From positions 16,182,001-16,246,000 of the forward strand of contig NC_047072.1 in NCBI RefSeq assembly GCF_902459465.1: a stretch of 64,000 nucleotides of DNA, written 5' to 3'. Of this stretch, positions 26,601-40,832 are shown in pieces (the first letter of the stretch is position 1; the number at the start of each line of letters is the position of its first letter). The notes beneath the pieces were generated by a model. The model was not told where the DNA came from. It did no database searches and was given only the letters and a program-made list of their open reading frames with translations. Position numbers and translations under genes: made by a program. The stretch is from Asterias rubens. Taxonomy: Eukaryota.

Positions 26601-28170
26601 ATTAAAACCGACAAGCCGTGGACACTTTGAAGATACCAATCTTACTTCAATAACCGTTGATTGTAAACTCAGATAAACAAAGCTCTTACCGGGAATATAT
26701 TAAATTTGATTTAACTCCAGATTTCTGCATATACATGTATAAAATATTAGACAGTAATTGTATAAACAAAGTAAGGTAAATTATAAAGTGTATATTGTAC
26801 CATTATTTTGATTAATACTAAGGAAATGACGTCACAGCTAGATGTGATTAAGAGTTACCCAACCTACATTCTTAAAAACTCCTGTGTCAGATTTGCCCCT
26901 AGTCCCGGGTCCCATGTGACCTGACCCGTCTTGGGGTCCAGCTGACTCGAGAAGTAGTTACACAATGGGATTTTAAGTTGAGGTTTTGCGGAGTCAGTTT
27001 GAACCATGTATGGGTCATTTTAACACCGATTCTTGAGCATACTGACACAGAAATAGGTAAAGACCTCGGTGACCGGATCGAGGTCAACTTGAATTGTTTT
27101 TGAAAGAAATACAGATGGTATTGTTTCCCTCGTATACCGAGGGATTAATGTGCATTTTCATAAATATTATTTTGAAGTATGTTTTGTTATCCGAAATATG
27201 TTTGTACATCCTGATTAATGTCGTGTTGCAATCATTGAATACAGTTGGAGATACACTAGTCGAAAAGTTGAGTTTTAAATATTATTTAACTTCCGATTGT
27301 TACATTGTGATTTAATTATCCATCCACAAGACTTTAATCTTAACATGATAAAATAACTATTTTCAACTATTTTGTCTATTTCTTTTTAAAGTAAAATGTT
27401 CAAGTAGTCATAGTCCGAAGGTGCAAAAAGTTCAATCAATTGTATACGGCCACAATTACATGTTATGACGATCATGAAGATATGCAGTATAGTCCACTGA
27501 ACCCATATGACTTTAAGATTACTTTAAGAAGTCAAGACTACGTAAGAAGTATTAGACATTCAAATTTTCGCAAAGTCTATCAAAATACTAAATAAGTAAT
27601 ATAACTTGCTATAATAGTATAGGGTCTATCAGCGCAATTATACCAAACTGTTAAATGTCTACTTTTTGCAATAAAAACTCAGTACGAAAGAAGATTCTAA
27701 AGTCTGGTGTTTCTGAACTTTGATGATCCCTATACATTTTAACGGGGCCTATTTTATGCGTAGACACTGAACAGCTCAAGTATTGCTTTACTACACAAAA
27801 TCACTGTAGGCAGTAGCTGGTGTTCAATCAGGCCAGTGCAATCTTGAACATAGTCTTCATTTTACGAGTCAAAGTAGAAATCAGAGGCGATTGGAGTAAA
27901 TACGGACGGGATGATCAGCTTGAAGGGGTACATAGAGCTGTTAGCGTGCTGGAGGGGAAGACTAGCACCTGCTCCCTCCTTGATCGTTGAATAGTGAGCC
28001 CGGCGCCAGACCAAATAACCCTTACAGGCTGGGATAGAGATCTGGTATAGCTCTGTGTGCTTGATTACACCGTAAGTCAGACTATTCCTTATTTCACAAC
28101 GATTGCTTTCCACTTTCCCACTATTCCTTCAAATTGTCCGGAAGAGGACAACTCAGAATCAATACCTAAG

Positions 28171-28360
28171 TCTACAGAAATATAAACATCTCAAAGGATT
28201 CTGTTTATCTTAAATTATCTGTACTAAAAATCTTTGTAGCTAATAGAGGTTTTCATTGGCAGAATCCATACTTCTGTCTACAGAAACATAAACATCTCAA
28301 ACGAGTCTGTTACTATATCTTGATAGTGATCTATCATATACAATCTTTGTAGCTAATAAA
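28171..28360. repeat. Diverged direct duplication (period about 107 bp)
   Basis: TCTACAGAAA(T/C)ATAAACATCTCAAA...ATCTTTGTAGCTAATA occurs twice. Confidence 0.7.
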
Positions 28361-30582
28361 TAGTCTGTCATGGGAGAGACGAATTACAACACTAAGGTAC
28401 CGCCTCGAACCTTCTTCAAGTCATGCTATCAGATCGGGAATCTTTGGTTTCAATTAAAAAATATACTAGAAAGAAACAAACACCAGATGACTATGCTGAA
28501 ACACCCATTTGCTACTGTTGTATCACTTCAGAGAAAATAGTTGTCTTGGGTCAGATTCCTAAGCCTTTATAAGTCAGCTGGAAGATGAAGTTTCATTAAT
28601 TTGATAATCTATGTCTGTCTATAGTAACTTGAGATATGCGATTTAAAGTCTTCACATAACACGTTTATTATTAAGATGGTCTCCATATTACGCTGGGTGT
28701 CACCTCTTCACTGATAATGATAGAGTCTTGAGGTGGTAATGTCAGACACGATGCTTATAGGGGCATTGAGAGAGAGCGGAGGGGTGGGTGGAATGAGGTT
28801 GTATCGCCCCCTCCCCCCTCCCTTCTACTCATAATTCATCATGTTCCAATGGGCCATACGTATGGCATTCCATTTAATTCTATTAGCATGTCTGGCTTCA
28901 ACAAAAATTGCTGTTAGGATTTCAATTAAAGATTTATGTGTTTCTGAAGAGAGATACAACGAAAATGTTTTTCCAGATCAATTTCTGCAAACGCTGATAA
29001 AACCCATTAAAGAAACATTTCTTTAAAGCCTCTGAAGGAATAAAAAGATAAAAATAACCGCGGAATGGCCTGATAAGCCTCACTGAGTGTCCAGTTTCGA
29101 CCTGAGTTGAAACCAAGTACACTCAGAACAAGATTTTCTAGATCGAATATTTGTGTCAAACCAACAATTCGATTCCCAAGAAATTTATTAAAATACTACT
29201 TGCATTTCTTGGGACTCGTTACTGATATTATCTTAAAAGTATTAAGTTATCAAATAAGTACAATATAACGCAATTAATCGGCGCAGGCTTTTAATGTCAA
29301 TTTCCCTTGGTGCCGCCTGAAGTTTAAAGTCTTCGTTTTCCTCACATTTTGGTTGCCAGTCTTCCATTATATTGACTTCATTTTGTTGTTTGTCCATCAT
29401 CACATTCTTTTTAAAATGTGTATCTTGGAATTCTCTGACCTGTGTAAATTCTTTTGCTGGTAAGATTTTAAAGTTTTCTGTAAAAAAAAAATATCAAGTT
29501 TATCTCAACATTTCTTAAGAAATGTATTTTGCAGAAGATGATCATGCCATTGTATGGGATAACTTGAATCTAACACGATCTTTAACATCTCTTGAAACAA
29601 AATCCGACACCTCAATCTCTTGAGGATTAGTTTCATGAAGTGTAAGCAATCCCATATCTTAGTCTTTAAGAAAAGTGTTAAAGGCCTCAGGTTCTGAAGT
29701 CTCCAAGAAAGAGGAAGAATACACGAAGAAAACAACACTCCGATTATTAGAAACTTTTCAATGTAAGAAATGTCGCTAGACAAGATGTCTTCGAAGGCTG
29801 TTGCAGGAAGTTCTAGAGCAATCATGAAGAGAGGGGAGACAGTTTCTTATAGTAGGTGAAACCTTGGTTTTCTAAGGTGTCATGTTCAATCGCTGCAGGA
29901 TGGTATCCGGATCCCGTCGCTTCAAGATCCGGGGATCCGGACCCGTTGACAACATGTTAAAACAAACAGGTAGGCGTTCACCTTTTTGTGTGTGGTTCAA
30001 TAACCGTCAATAACCGTCAAGCTACAGACAGATGGACAGCTGATATTTCCACATTATTGCAAACAGAATAATATCCCTTCACATGTATCTTCAATGGACC
30101 ACAAGTTGCCCAACAATGGCAAGCAGTTGTGTGCTGAACCGAAAAACAATGATGACATTTATCGCTCATACCACAATATTATGATATTATTACCATTATT
30201 GATCCGCCATGATGCATAAGCAAAGGCAAAACTATAACGTCAACCCTTACACGCATCTTATTCTATTGGAAGTGTAAGTAAGGTTTGCTGTGGCACTATA
30301 TTATACAAATCTCTTGTGTGATGTAGTGGTGGCTCTGAGTTTTTCTGCCCACAAAAGATATTCTTACATGGTGTCACCGAAAACATTACTTAGTATTTTC
30401 CACCATGCACAGCATTAAGTTTTTCTTATACTGAGAAGGGAAAAACAGTTCGTGTTGATGTGTTAGAGAAACAGAACAGATAACATTCATGTTTTGAGAC
30501 ACTTAACCTGTTTATTTTTGCTGGTTCAAGCTGATCAATTCTACAGAAGCTAAAGTGCCTATGATGTGTTAAAGGTAATTAA

Positions 30583-30959
30583 AGGTACTTTCGGTAATTA
30601 TTCAAAATATATATCAGCGCAAAAACTGACTTGGTAACGAGCAATGGGGAGCTGTTGATAGTATAAAACATTGTGAGGAACGGCTCACTCTGAAGTAATG
30701 TAGTTTTTGAGAAAAGGTTCTCACTAGGTTTAATGTTTGAAGCTGTGATGAAAAAGACTTGGCCTGAAGGCTTTTTAGGGCATCTGAAAGCACAAACAAT
30801 AATGCAAAGAGGATGTTTTTCTTCCATGGTGTTATTGCAACTTCGATGACCAATATTGAGAACAAATTTTCACAGCTTTGTTTTTGTATGCATAATGTTT
30901 GGATACACCAAGTGAGAAGACTGGTCTCTGACAATATTACCAAAACGTGTCGAGGGCCT
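30583..30959. mobile_element. Kolobok-type MITE family 1 copy
   Basis: TTAA|AGGTAC...GGTAATT start; GTGTCGAGGGCCT|TTAA end (30960-63). Confidence 0.85.
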
Positions 30960-31609
30960 TTAAACCATCAGTGCATACACGATCTCATGCATCCTTAACA
31001 TGTTGACTAAGCAAGACGTAGTTGCTGATTTAAGATGTGTGGGGTGCCCAGAAACACCGGTTAGAATCTCATCGACTATTATCACTAGAATTCAAGATGG
31101 GTCAGCAGATGTGAGGTAGCTCTTAATGATTCATGCTTATGTAACGGATTGTAGACTTAAGCAACCCATATGCTGGGGAAGTAGATGATGCTCAAGAAAT
31201 AGACCTACCGTGGAAAGTTATCTTTTAAGAGGGAGTATTTTTTCAGAAAATGTCTTCATATCAAAGAGGGAAATGCATTGGACAGAACGAAATGAAATTT
31301 AAAATAATTTTCTTCTAAAAGAAAACCTAATCGTCGACGGGTATTTATTAAATTGTTTAATTAATTAACTTGTTTATTACGGTTGTGGCGCCAAAGATTC
31401 TCAGAAAAGCGAACTTAATCATTATACTTAAGCCAAGAACCTTATAAAGAAAGAGACGAGGAAAGGGGTCTTGGTTGTATAAATTAGTAGAAGAGAAACT
31501 CCAGAGATATATTCCCGAGAAACGCACTCATTCAGGGAGGGACTGAAGAGACGTGGAAAGAGAAGAAAGATACCACTATTACTGAGAACAGTGTGTACCA
31601 ATGTTTACG

Positions 31610-32170
31610 GCGTGTGGTGGCAGATTCGACCGGCACAAGTTCTGGGCCCAATTTCATGGCTCTGCTTATCCGTAAGCACAGAATTGGCGCTTACGGAAGC
31701 AGGGAATTCTGTGCTTACGGCAAGCGTATTTCACGGGTTAGCGGCGAATTTGGGCTTCTGCGCATGCGTATTCCAAGTTACTAGGCATTCTACGCTTACA
31801 AGGCTAGCGCAGAAATTCGGCGCTTGCACGTAAGCGGGGAATCGCGATCGTAACGTAAGCGGGGAATCGCGATCGTAAGCGCAGAATTCGGCGGTAAGCA
31901 GGGCCATGAATTGGCCCTGGTGTTGTCAACAGCAGGGTGTGGATGGGCTCGAATCCTGGTTATGACACTTGTGCGACCAGGCTCATATATAGTGGCGGGT
32001 AGCCAGGACTACATCCTTATGGACTGTCAAGGGGGTAACCCTGTTTCAGCGCAGGAATAGGTGGCAACCATGCCCCTGGTGACAGTTGATTTGGGTTGAC
32101 AGCATAAATCAGTTAAGTGAAGCCATTTACATTGAAGTGGCCGTCCAGCCTTGCGTTATAAGGCGATTGT
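31610..32170 (+). mobile_element. tRNA-derived SINE, head interrupted by a Harbinger MITE (boundaries approximate)
   Basis: Removing the MITE and one CTG rejoins ...GGCACAAGTTCTGGTGTTGTCAACAGCAGGGTGTGG..., followed by a B-box-like GGCTCGAATCC (31946-56) and a GC-richer body. The family assignment is inferred. Confidence 0.55.
31645..31916. mobile_element. Harbinger-type MITE, inverted relative to 8735-8985
   Basis: CTG TSD at 31642-44 and 31917-19; same TIR. Internal duplication of CGTAAGCGGGGAATCGCGATCGTAA. Confidence 0.9.
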
Positions 32171-33433
32171 TTAAAGGTAAGCTTTAGCTTAAATGTCCAC
32201 AGAGGTTTTCCCTAGCATAATTCCATTAAGAAAAAACCTTTCAAAGAAACAAACAATACCGTTATCTCGGGACACATGTCAGCTTTTTCAAAAAGGTTTC
32301 AGTCTGTGAAAAACTTAGGGATTGGAAACAAATGCTGTACGATACCTTGAACCTTTTTAATGATATCAATCTGAAGACTCTATATTAAATAATACACAAA
32401 AAGTAATATCTCTGAGACAGAGAAAGAGACTAGACAATCTATCTGAAATGTCAAGGTCGTGGTTTGAAAGCAATCTGTATCTTAACGTTGAACAATGAGC
32501 GATCAAATTTCAAGATGAGTGACACTACACTACCTTGTAGGACTGCAAATAATAAATAAATTCCCTGGACATGTTGAGATACAGGAAGATACACTCACAA
32601 CACATGAAAACCTACATTAAGTAACTCTGTTGTTATATACTCCGAAGATTCACCACGGGGATGTTGTGTATGAATGGAGATAAAAGAATACCAAGCCCCG
32701 GGGATGTTGAGTATATGAATAGAGATAAAAAGAAAAACCGAAATCCGATCAAATTAACTTGTAGGTTGTCGGCAATGCTGATGACGTGTATCAATAGGTG
32801 AGGTTTGATTAACGTTACACGTACCTATTGGTATGAAGACAAATCTCAAAGGACTTGAATTAACCTGGGGTTTTTTACACCATCACTTTTATTTATTATG
32901 ATTACAAGTTGAGTATAAGACCTCCTATGATTTCAGCTGGGTTATTGATCAAATCAAAATTGTTATCCACAAATCGGATGAACAAGTTCTGATTGAATCC
33001 AGATTGCTCGCTACTTTAAATCCCTCTGCCTTGTGTTAAGTCAATGCACTATGCTAACGTTGTAAATGGATAGCGTGTCAATAGTGGAACCACGTTTTGT
33101 TTCATTACTAAAAGTGCAGGAAAGAACTCGAGTGCAACCGAAACATCATTAATATTATAACGTCTGTATTCTTGTACATTGTCACCACTCGACCTACATC
33201 GGATTTCACAAACTGAAGAGATATAATGGGATGGATGTAACAGTAAGTGTGAAGAAGGACTTGTATAGTATGAAAGGGGGAAAGTAGGAAATGGACGAGA
33301 GACCTGTATAAACACTTCACATGACTACTTCACCATCGACTTCACCAACATGGACATTGGGTGCTATAGACATCCACTTAGAAACTTAATAACTCTAGAA
33401 TGACGAAAGCCGTGATTCCTGCCCCAAAATGCA

Positions 33434-33625
33434 TTCCCAATTTCATAGAGCTGCTTAGCATAAAACTAGCTAAGCACAACAAAATTGTGCTTACCATAAC
33501 AAGGTTACCAGCTAAAATACCATTTCAAATGTACACGATGTGACTAGTAGCCTGCTTATTGTTGCTTAGCATAGTTTAGTAAACATTATTTTCTGCTACA
33601 GCAGCTCTATGAATATGTGCCCTGC
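33434..33625. mobile_element. Harbinger-type MITE, 200-bp family, reversed and decayed
   Basis: CCCAATTTCATAGAGCTGCTTAGC ... CAGCAGCTCTATGAATATGTGCCCTG. Confidence 0.75.
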
Positions 33626-34449
33626 AACGGTTGTACCTCTAATAAGATTTGAAAACCCCTTTTTTTCACGTCATTTTCCAGAGTGAGAAGTTCTATGTGC
33701 ACCTACACAGTTACCAGTTTTCGACATTTCAATTAGCAATTCTTAAAGAAATGCCGCTCCACATGCTCAGATAACTGGAACAGACTTTCATACAGTATGT
33801 GATGTAACATTGATTTTACCAACCCCATCTTCCTGTGTAGTAATTTATTCCATAATGATAGTCGTTTACTCTTTGCTGAGGTACGGAATCTCATTAGTGA
33901 CACCTGCAAATTAAAATTACCATAATCAAGTCCTCTACGCGGGAAAATAAGTCAAGGAATTACAAGTGTGTCAAACGGGATACGCGATAATAGGTGTTGA
34001 ATAATTCATCTTTTGACACTCGTTCTGATCTTTAAACAAGACCTCAGGGGCCAATACACACCTTTCCTTCACGCTTATTCAAATATTATGGTCCCCAACT
34101 TTCAAGGTACCGTTTATCTGACTTGTTCCATTCATCTTTCAACGTCACAATATAATATAATTGGTCTTACAACTCAGTTACATTAACAATACGAGAGTCG
34201 GATTATTTTTCATTCGTTCGGTCAAAACGATTTGAATACATTTCGGTTCTACTTGATCAAGTCATAGACACTTCTCTAGAAGCAAAGGCGGTTCATAAAT
34301 CTATACTTCGTTCTTTGTTTCCTTCTTATTACAACCTCTTAAGAGTTAATGAATGGATGGAAATTGCTCGTTAGTGAGAAGGAACATAAGAAAGGAGCAG
34401 AACGAGTGCGTGTGTATTTGTGTGACACAGAATTTCTTGTTTAACCATC

Positions 34450-34735
34450 TGCCGATTTCCATAGAGCTGCTAAAACAGAAATTGGTATTTAACAAATGTC
34501 TGCTTAGCGAAAAAAGTATGACATCAGTCACCGATTTAGTGGAAAGGTATTTTGGCTAGTTACCTTGTTCTGGTAAACATAATGTTGTTGTGCTAAGCTA
34601 CATTTTTGCTGCTTAAGCAGCTCCATGAAATTGGGTCATGTGTAGTTTGTTGGCTGGCGTTCTTATTCTGGTAAAGCATAATTGTGTTGTGCTGATCTGA
34701 GCTACTTTGCTTAAGCAGATCTAATGAATCAGGCA
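34450..34735. mobile_element. Harbinger-type MITE copy plus a partial second copy
   Basis: CCATAGAGCTGCT ... GCTTAAGCAGCTCCATGAAATTGGG, followed by a repeat of the right half. Confidence 0.7.
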
Positions 34736-35300
34736 ATTAATATTCTATACAGAAAGCCCTGACACTATAAATGGATTTTGAATTCCCGCCCTATAGAGTA
34801 TGTATATACACACAGGCACCCTATCAATACACACCTAACCACGTTCCATCCTCGACTCGTTACTCAGTATGCATAACCTTACAACTCCTTAAAACCAATT
34901 AAACTTTAAACAAGTGTGCTTCCAAATCAACGATGTAGTTCCTTTTACACGGGTACTTGTACTTATCGTAACACACCATTAGGGGTCTAGTTAGGTCTCT
35001 ACTACACAGAAGCGTAGACAAGAAACAAACATGGCATTTGGAATTCAAACACGGATGTATAATACAAACTGACGCCATTATCGCTGTTCAAAATGTCTCG
35101 ATAACATTGCTTCAGGCACTTCAACCTTTATAATAAATGCCCTTTCATAATGACCACGTTTCTTTATCTACATATTATTATCTAAGGTGTAAGAAACGAA
35201 CCAAAGTTCTCCTCAAAAGTAACCCTACTTAAAATCCCACAAATACAGCTCAAAAATCTAAGAGATACCGGTTTGAAAGTAACACTGCAAAATATCTTAA

Positions 35301-35582
35301 AGGGAACATATACCCTTGGTTTTTTGTTTTGTTTTTAGAACCGTTCGTTTTGTTAGTTCTATAAACTAAGGTATGAAAATTTCATTTAAAAAATTGCCAG
35401 AAACGTTTTCGAGATATATCGCCGAAAATCTGGAGCGGTGACAGGCACGAAGAATAATCCGTAATTGCAATACATAATCTGATAAACGTTTCTGGCAGTA
35501 ATGTTTCTCAGATTTAAACTTTGGGGGAAATTGATACTAATCCGTAACCACAATACTTCCAAAGAAAATTATTATCTTCACT
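35301..35582. mobile_element. TTAA-flanked element abutting a family-1 right end
   Basis: TTAA at 35297-35300 and 35583-86, with AG...CT termini and weak TIRs. Confidence 0.5.
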
Positions 35583-35586
35583 TTAA

Positions 35587-35703
35587 GTGAGCGAGCCGTT
35601 TCTCACAATGTGTTTTACTATCAACAACTCTCCATTGCTCGTTACCAAGTAAATGTTTATGCTAACAATAATTTTGAGTTATTACCAATAGTATCAAGTG
35701 CCT
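35587..35703. mobile_element. Kolobok-type MITE family 1, terminal fragment
   Basis: GAGCCGTTTCTCACAATG...TTACCAATAGTATCAAGTGCCT|TTAA. Confidence 0.8.
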
Positions 35704-35800
35704 TTAAACCTAGTCGGCAAATAAATGTACCGTAATTCGATATTAGGTTAACATGAAACACTTTTTAAGTGAAAAGGCATGTCCACCGGGAATAAACATG

Positions 35801-35908
35801 AAATCCAGAATGGCGTAGGTAAAAGGTAAATCCAGAATGGCGTAGGTAAAAGGTAAATCCAGAATGGCGTAGGTAAAAGGTAAATCCAGAATGGCGTAGG
35901 TAAAAGGT
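35801..35908. repeat. Tandem array, 27 bp x 4, perfect
   Basis: AAATCCAGAATGGCGTAGGTAAAAGGT at 35801, 35828, 35855 and 35882. Confidence 0.97.
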
Positions 35909-36719
35909 ATCATGTTTTAAAGTACACATCTCCGAGGGTGCCGACTCTCAACCCGACCCATACGCATTATACAATGTCAACAACAACAGTCTCAATCACA
36001 CGACTACGAGCATCTATCGATAAAGAAGAAAGACATCAATAAGATGTAGAGCATCTTAGAGAGGAGGGGTCGACAAGATGGAAATACCGTTTGAAAGGAT
36101 AAGCAGGAAAGGTTTGCTATCTAAGAGAAAATGTTACGTGGTGATGGCAAAAGTATGAGAGCTCTCACATTTCATTTTAAAGGTGGATTTTAAAGAGAAT
36201 CTATGTTAAAATTATTTTAACGAGACCAATTTACGGAATTACAAGATGCATTTTAATAGAAACAATAGCAAATGAACAGTGAAGGAGTTTGACCAAATTG
36301 GAAGATTGTATCAAGGCATTTGATCAAGAATGACACAAACTTTTCATCTAATAACAATTTTAAGCCAATAAACTGCAAAGTAGCGACATTAATAATAATG
36401 TGCTGCCGATAGATGGTGTCAAGAAGAGCTAGATTGATGAAATAAGAAAGGTAGGGAGAGGATGATGATCGAATTGGTATCATTGAGGATCAGAGGTGAT
36501 ATAAACTAAATCAAGAAATATATAACGATGAAAAAACTATCGTCTTAACGGGAGAAAGAAAGATCGGTACGATCTGAATTCAAAATGAGTCCAGAGAATA
36601 AATCGTAGCCGCTAAGGTGCATCAAGGAAACATGTAAGATAAGAGGGCGTTGTGGAAGATGTGAAAAGGTCGATGCTACGACCACAAGAACACATTGAAG
36701 ATAACTGGAAGGAGGGGTG

Positions 36720-37010
36720 GGGTGACTTTATGCAAACTTGAATCAAGAATAGAAGCTTATATCGACCATACAATGATGATTTCAAAGACACATCTTTCAA
36801 ACAGCCTGTGAATGGTATTGGTTCTTCAATGGAAAATCTCTGCCAGGAAAAGTATCCGAAAGAAAAGGGAGTATAGAGAATAGATGGAGGTGCTGATTTT
36901 ATGCAGACAGACTTGAAACAAGGCTAGCAGCCTTTATCGACCATGCAAAGAGGATTCAAAGGTGCATCTTTAAGTATAGCACGTATACAGCCTGTGAATA
37001 GTGTTGGTTC
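36720..37010. repeat. Diverged tandem duplication (about 170 bp) within purine-skewed, retroelement-like DNA
   Basis: ATCGACCAT..AA.GA.GATT(T)CAAAG....ATCTTT...ACAGCCTGTGAAT.GT.TTGGTTCTT occurs twice. Confidence 0.55.
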
Positions 37011-37317
37011 TTGTATTAAATCTCAGAAATGAAAAAAAAATAAGAATGAAAAGAGAAAATCTTGAGAATAGATTGAGGGGAATTTGCTTGAGAAGGACAA
37101 TGAACTGAGAGTCATGACAGTGCTGCTGGGAATTAAATCTGTAGAGGAATCTGGAAATTATAAAAAGTGGACGGAATAAAATCTAAGAGGACTCAGTGGA
37201 AAATGTACGGAAAAGTAATTTAGAAAAGTAGAATGTAATTTATCGTGAAGAAATGAACAACGTCAGACATTATTTAAGTTTAAAAAGAGGTTATCGGTGT
37301 GGGTGTTATATGTCAAA

Positions 37318-37993
37318 AACTGTGCACACTGACAAACATTAACAACTGTGCACACTGACAAACATTAACAACTGTGCACACTGACAAACATTAACAACTG
37401 TGCACACTGACAAACATTAACAACTGTGCACACTGACAAACATTAACAACTGTGCACACTGACAAACATTAACAACTGTGCACACTGACAAACATTAACA
37501 ACTGTGCACACTGACAAACATTAACAACTGTGCACACTGACAAACATTAACAACTGTGCACACTGACAAACATTAACAACTGTGCACACTGACAAACATT
37601 AACAACTGTGCACACTGACAAACATTAACAACTGTGCACACTGACAAACATTAACAACTGTGCACACTGACAAACATTAACAACTGTGCACACTGACAAA
37701 CATTAACAACTGTGCACACTGACAAACATTAACAACTGTGCACACTGACAAACATTAACAACTGTGCACACTGACAAACATTAACAACTGTGCACACTGA
37801 CAAACATTAACAACTGTGCACACTGACAAACATTAACAACTGTGCACACTGACAAACATTAACAACTGTGCACACTGACAAACATTAACAACTGTGCACA
37901 CTGACAAACATTAACAACTGTGCACACTGACAAACATTAACAACTGTGCACACTGACAAACATTAACAACTGTGCACACTGACAAACATTAAC
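37318..37993. repeat. Perfect minisatellite, 26 bp x 26
   Basis: AACTGTGCACACTGACAAACATTAAC; 676 bp = 26 units; no variant unit seen. Confidence 0.98.
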
Positions 37994-40453
37994 CCTTTGA
38001 CTTTTACAAGGCTGAAAAGGACATGTGGATGATGCATCCTCGGAAATTTGATATCTTAAGAAATTACAATAAAGTAAGAAATAATGTATTATTTACAGAG
38101 AAGGAAGGTAGCGCAATTACATCAGTAGTGGCCACTGACTTTTCCGCCTTTAGTCTTGAAGATGCTGCCATGTGACACCAGCCCCTTGGCAGGAGGCGAC
38201 ATATGGAGGAGACCAGCTACGGGATAAGATTTCTGAAGAGCAGAGAGCTTCTTATATAGAGTTAAGACAGATAACCTGTGGCTAAGATGATTAAGTAGTG
38301 CATCACGCTACTACTACGTTGTTTGTGCAACATACAATCGGCTATAAGAATAAACTAATGGCGAGGAATTTAGCAAAGATTCCATGTACACAAAATTATT
38401 ATAATTGAATCGACCACAACTACACACTGTAAAACAGTGTTTAGAACTTCAACAGATCACTAAGCATGAGTGTGTCGTGACCATAAACATGTTTAGATTA
38501 TTGTGTGTGGTTAAATACTACAAACTGTTTGAGCAGGTTTCAAAATAATAAGCATGTTTTATCAATTAAACATGGTTTGAAAGTACAATATTGTGTTAAA
38601 TTTCTAAACAGAGTTTTTACAGCGCACTTGAGGTATTCTCCATGCTTTATTTTATCTTGACGTTAATCCCTCAAGAAATGTACTTTTAATCAAATTGTAG
38701 AATTGCAATTATGTTTATCTACCAATCTCAATACGTTGATTCAACAGAAGTACTTATTAATTTGATAATGGTAGGGTATTTATCGATGTTTGCATCTTCG
38801 CACAGCCAGCAAAGGAGCCCCTAATGAAATCTGAATCTTCATAATTTAATTGAAAGATGGTGAGGAGTCCCTAATACTCATCTTACCCATCCACCCAGCC
38901 CCTCCCCCCCCCCCATCCCAGCCCTCAGTGTCTTCGCTGCTGTTATCAATAACATGACAAGAACTCTAAGATTAGACTGGAATAGTTCCTTGTTTTCTTA
39001 AGACTGACAAGACGACAAGGTTCTTGAGAGAAACGGCCTGGTAAAGTCTGATCTAGATTTACTGATGCATGCAATCACAAGACTGTTGTCTCCTTGACCT
39101 GATTTACAAGTCCTCCTTATGTCTTAATCTTGAAGTAAAGATTGCCATGCATCACTCAATGTCAGTCTGGAGTTAGAGTCTACACCATAGAACACAAACA
39201 GCTGCAAAAATACGGTTAGGAACCAATCAAATCTAAGCACACAAACACGTTAATGGTAAATAAAACAGAATAATACAAACACCCTCACTAGCAATTTTAA
39301 CCTGAGCAAAAATCTAAATTTGAGTCTCTTCTATTTCCCTGAATGTATGAACTGTCAACATTACAAACGCAATAATTGACACATAGAAATCATTCTTACA
39401 TATTGATGAATTGATGGATCTGTCCTATAGTAATCGATAAATCGTTTCAGATAACTAAACTGACCTCCAACATGTCACGTGCGTAGTATAGATTTTTTCG
39501 ATGGTTGTCAGCCCCACCCATTACGATATATGATGTGCTATACTGCATGCCTGTTTCATATTGGGGTACGTGCTCTACTACAAGATAAACATTCAATTAC
39601 TGCTGGCAAATGTGCTGGATGAGATGAAATTTGGAATTTCAAAAGAGATGAACGTTATTAGTTCTGACAAATTGAACATTCGATAAAGGTCGTGCGAAAC
39701 AATTTGCCGCGAACGTTTTATTTAATAGTTCGATTGGACGTCCCATTAACGACAATCATAGAAGAAGTTTCGTTCAGATTTATTCACAAAAACATATACT
39801 GAGAATCTTTATGGTGGAATGGCACGTGTAAAACAACCACCGAGTTCTATTAATGATTGATAACACTGTACTGTCCCATAAAGAAAACGTGTAAAAATAT
39901 TTAATTTCAGACGTGTGGCAAAACAAACTGCGACGGGGATGAATTGGATATACGGAGGCCATAATGTTAAGATAACTACTGTGCCATTCATGCTGCTTTA
40001 AGAAACATTAGAACTGAAGCATGAATGAGTTTCAGCTTCAGATGTCTCAGTGATGGTTATTTTAAACGCCATTCTTGGGAAATATTAAATTAAAATAACC
40101 AAACTATTTGTGCGAGTAATACAGTAAGGAACTACGTGACACTGTTACACTTCCAGTGAACATCTTATCACATTTTGTGGTTTGGGTTTCTAGAAGACGT
40201 CATATAACGGAATAAGTCCGGTCGGTGTTTCATTAAGTGCTTATTTTCACGGCAGATATAGAACTAATAACATGGTACATTTTTGTCTCCAACATTTGTG
40301 GTATTTCAGAGGAATAATTATGATTAGGTTGTAGTTGGAATTCTTGTATATCATTCAGTGGATTCAAAGCAACTTGTCAAATATCGACACTTTTATCGCT
40401 CGAGCGTTACCAATCAATCATTAAATGCATGATAATAAAACAATGAGCTTTAA

Positions 40454-40832
40454 ATGCACTGGACACCTATGGTAATTGTCAAAGACCAGTCTTCTCACTT
40501 GGTGTATCCCAATCTATGCATAAAATAACAAATCTATGAACATTTCGATTCAATTGGTCATCGAAATTGCAAGAAAATAATGAGAGCAAAAACACCTTTG
40601 TTGCACAAATTTGTTTGCTTCCAGATTCCTGAGAAAGGCTTCAGGCCTGAAGTCTTTTTCATATTAAAATATCTTTGTGAGTAATTACCTCTTTCTCAAA
40701 AACTACGTTACTTCAGAGGGAGCCGTTTCTCACAATGTCAATTGCCTACTGTCAACAGCTCTCCGTTGCTCGTTACCAAGTAAGTTTTTAAGCTAATATA
40801 TTTTTAGTAATTACCAGACGTGTCCAGTGCCT
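40454..40832. mobile_element. Kolobok-type MITE family 1 copy
   Basis: TTAA at 40450-53 and 40833-36. TIR ATGCACTGGACAC / GTGTCCAGTGCCT. Central palindrome CTTCAGGCCTGAAG at 40639-52. Confidence 0.92.

Noticed and set aside
30579-30998. Recurring peptides such as TTLLQREPFL / ENTGL in many short ORFs
   Set aside because: All map to family-1 MITE copies; frames are not conserved.
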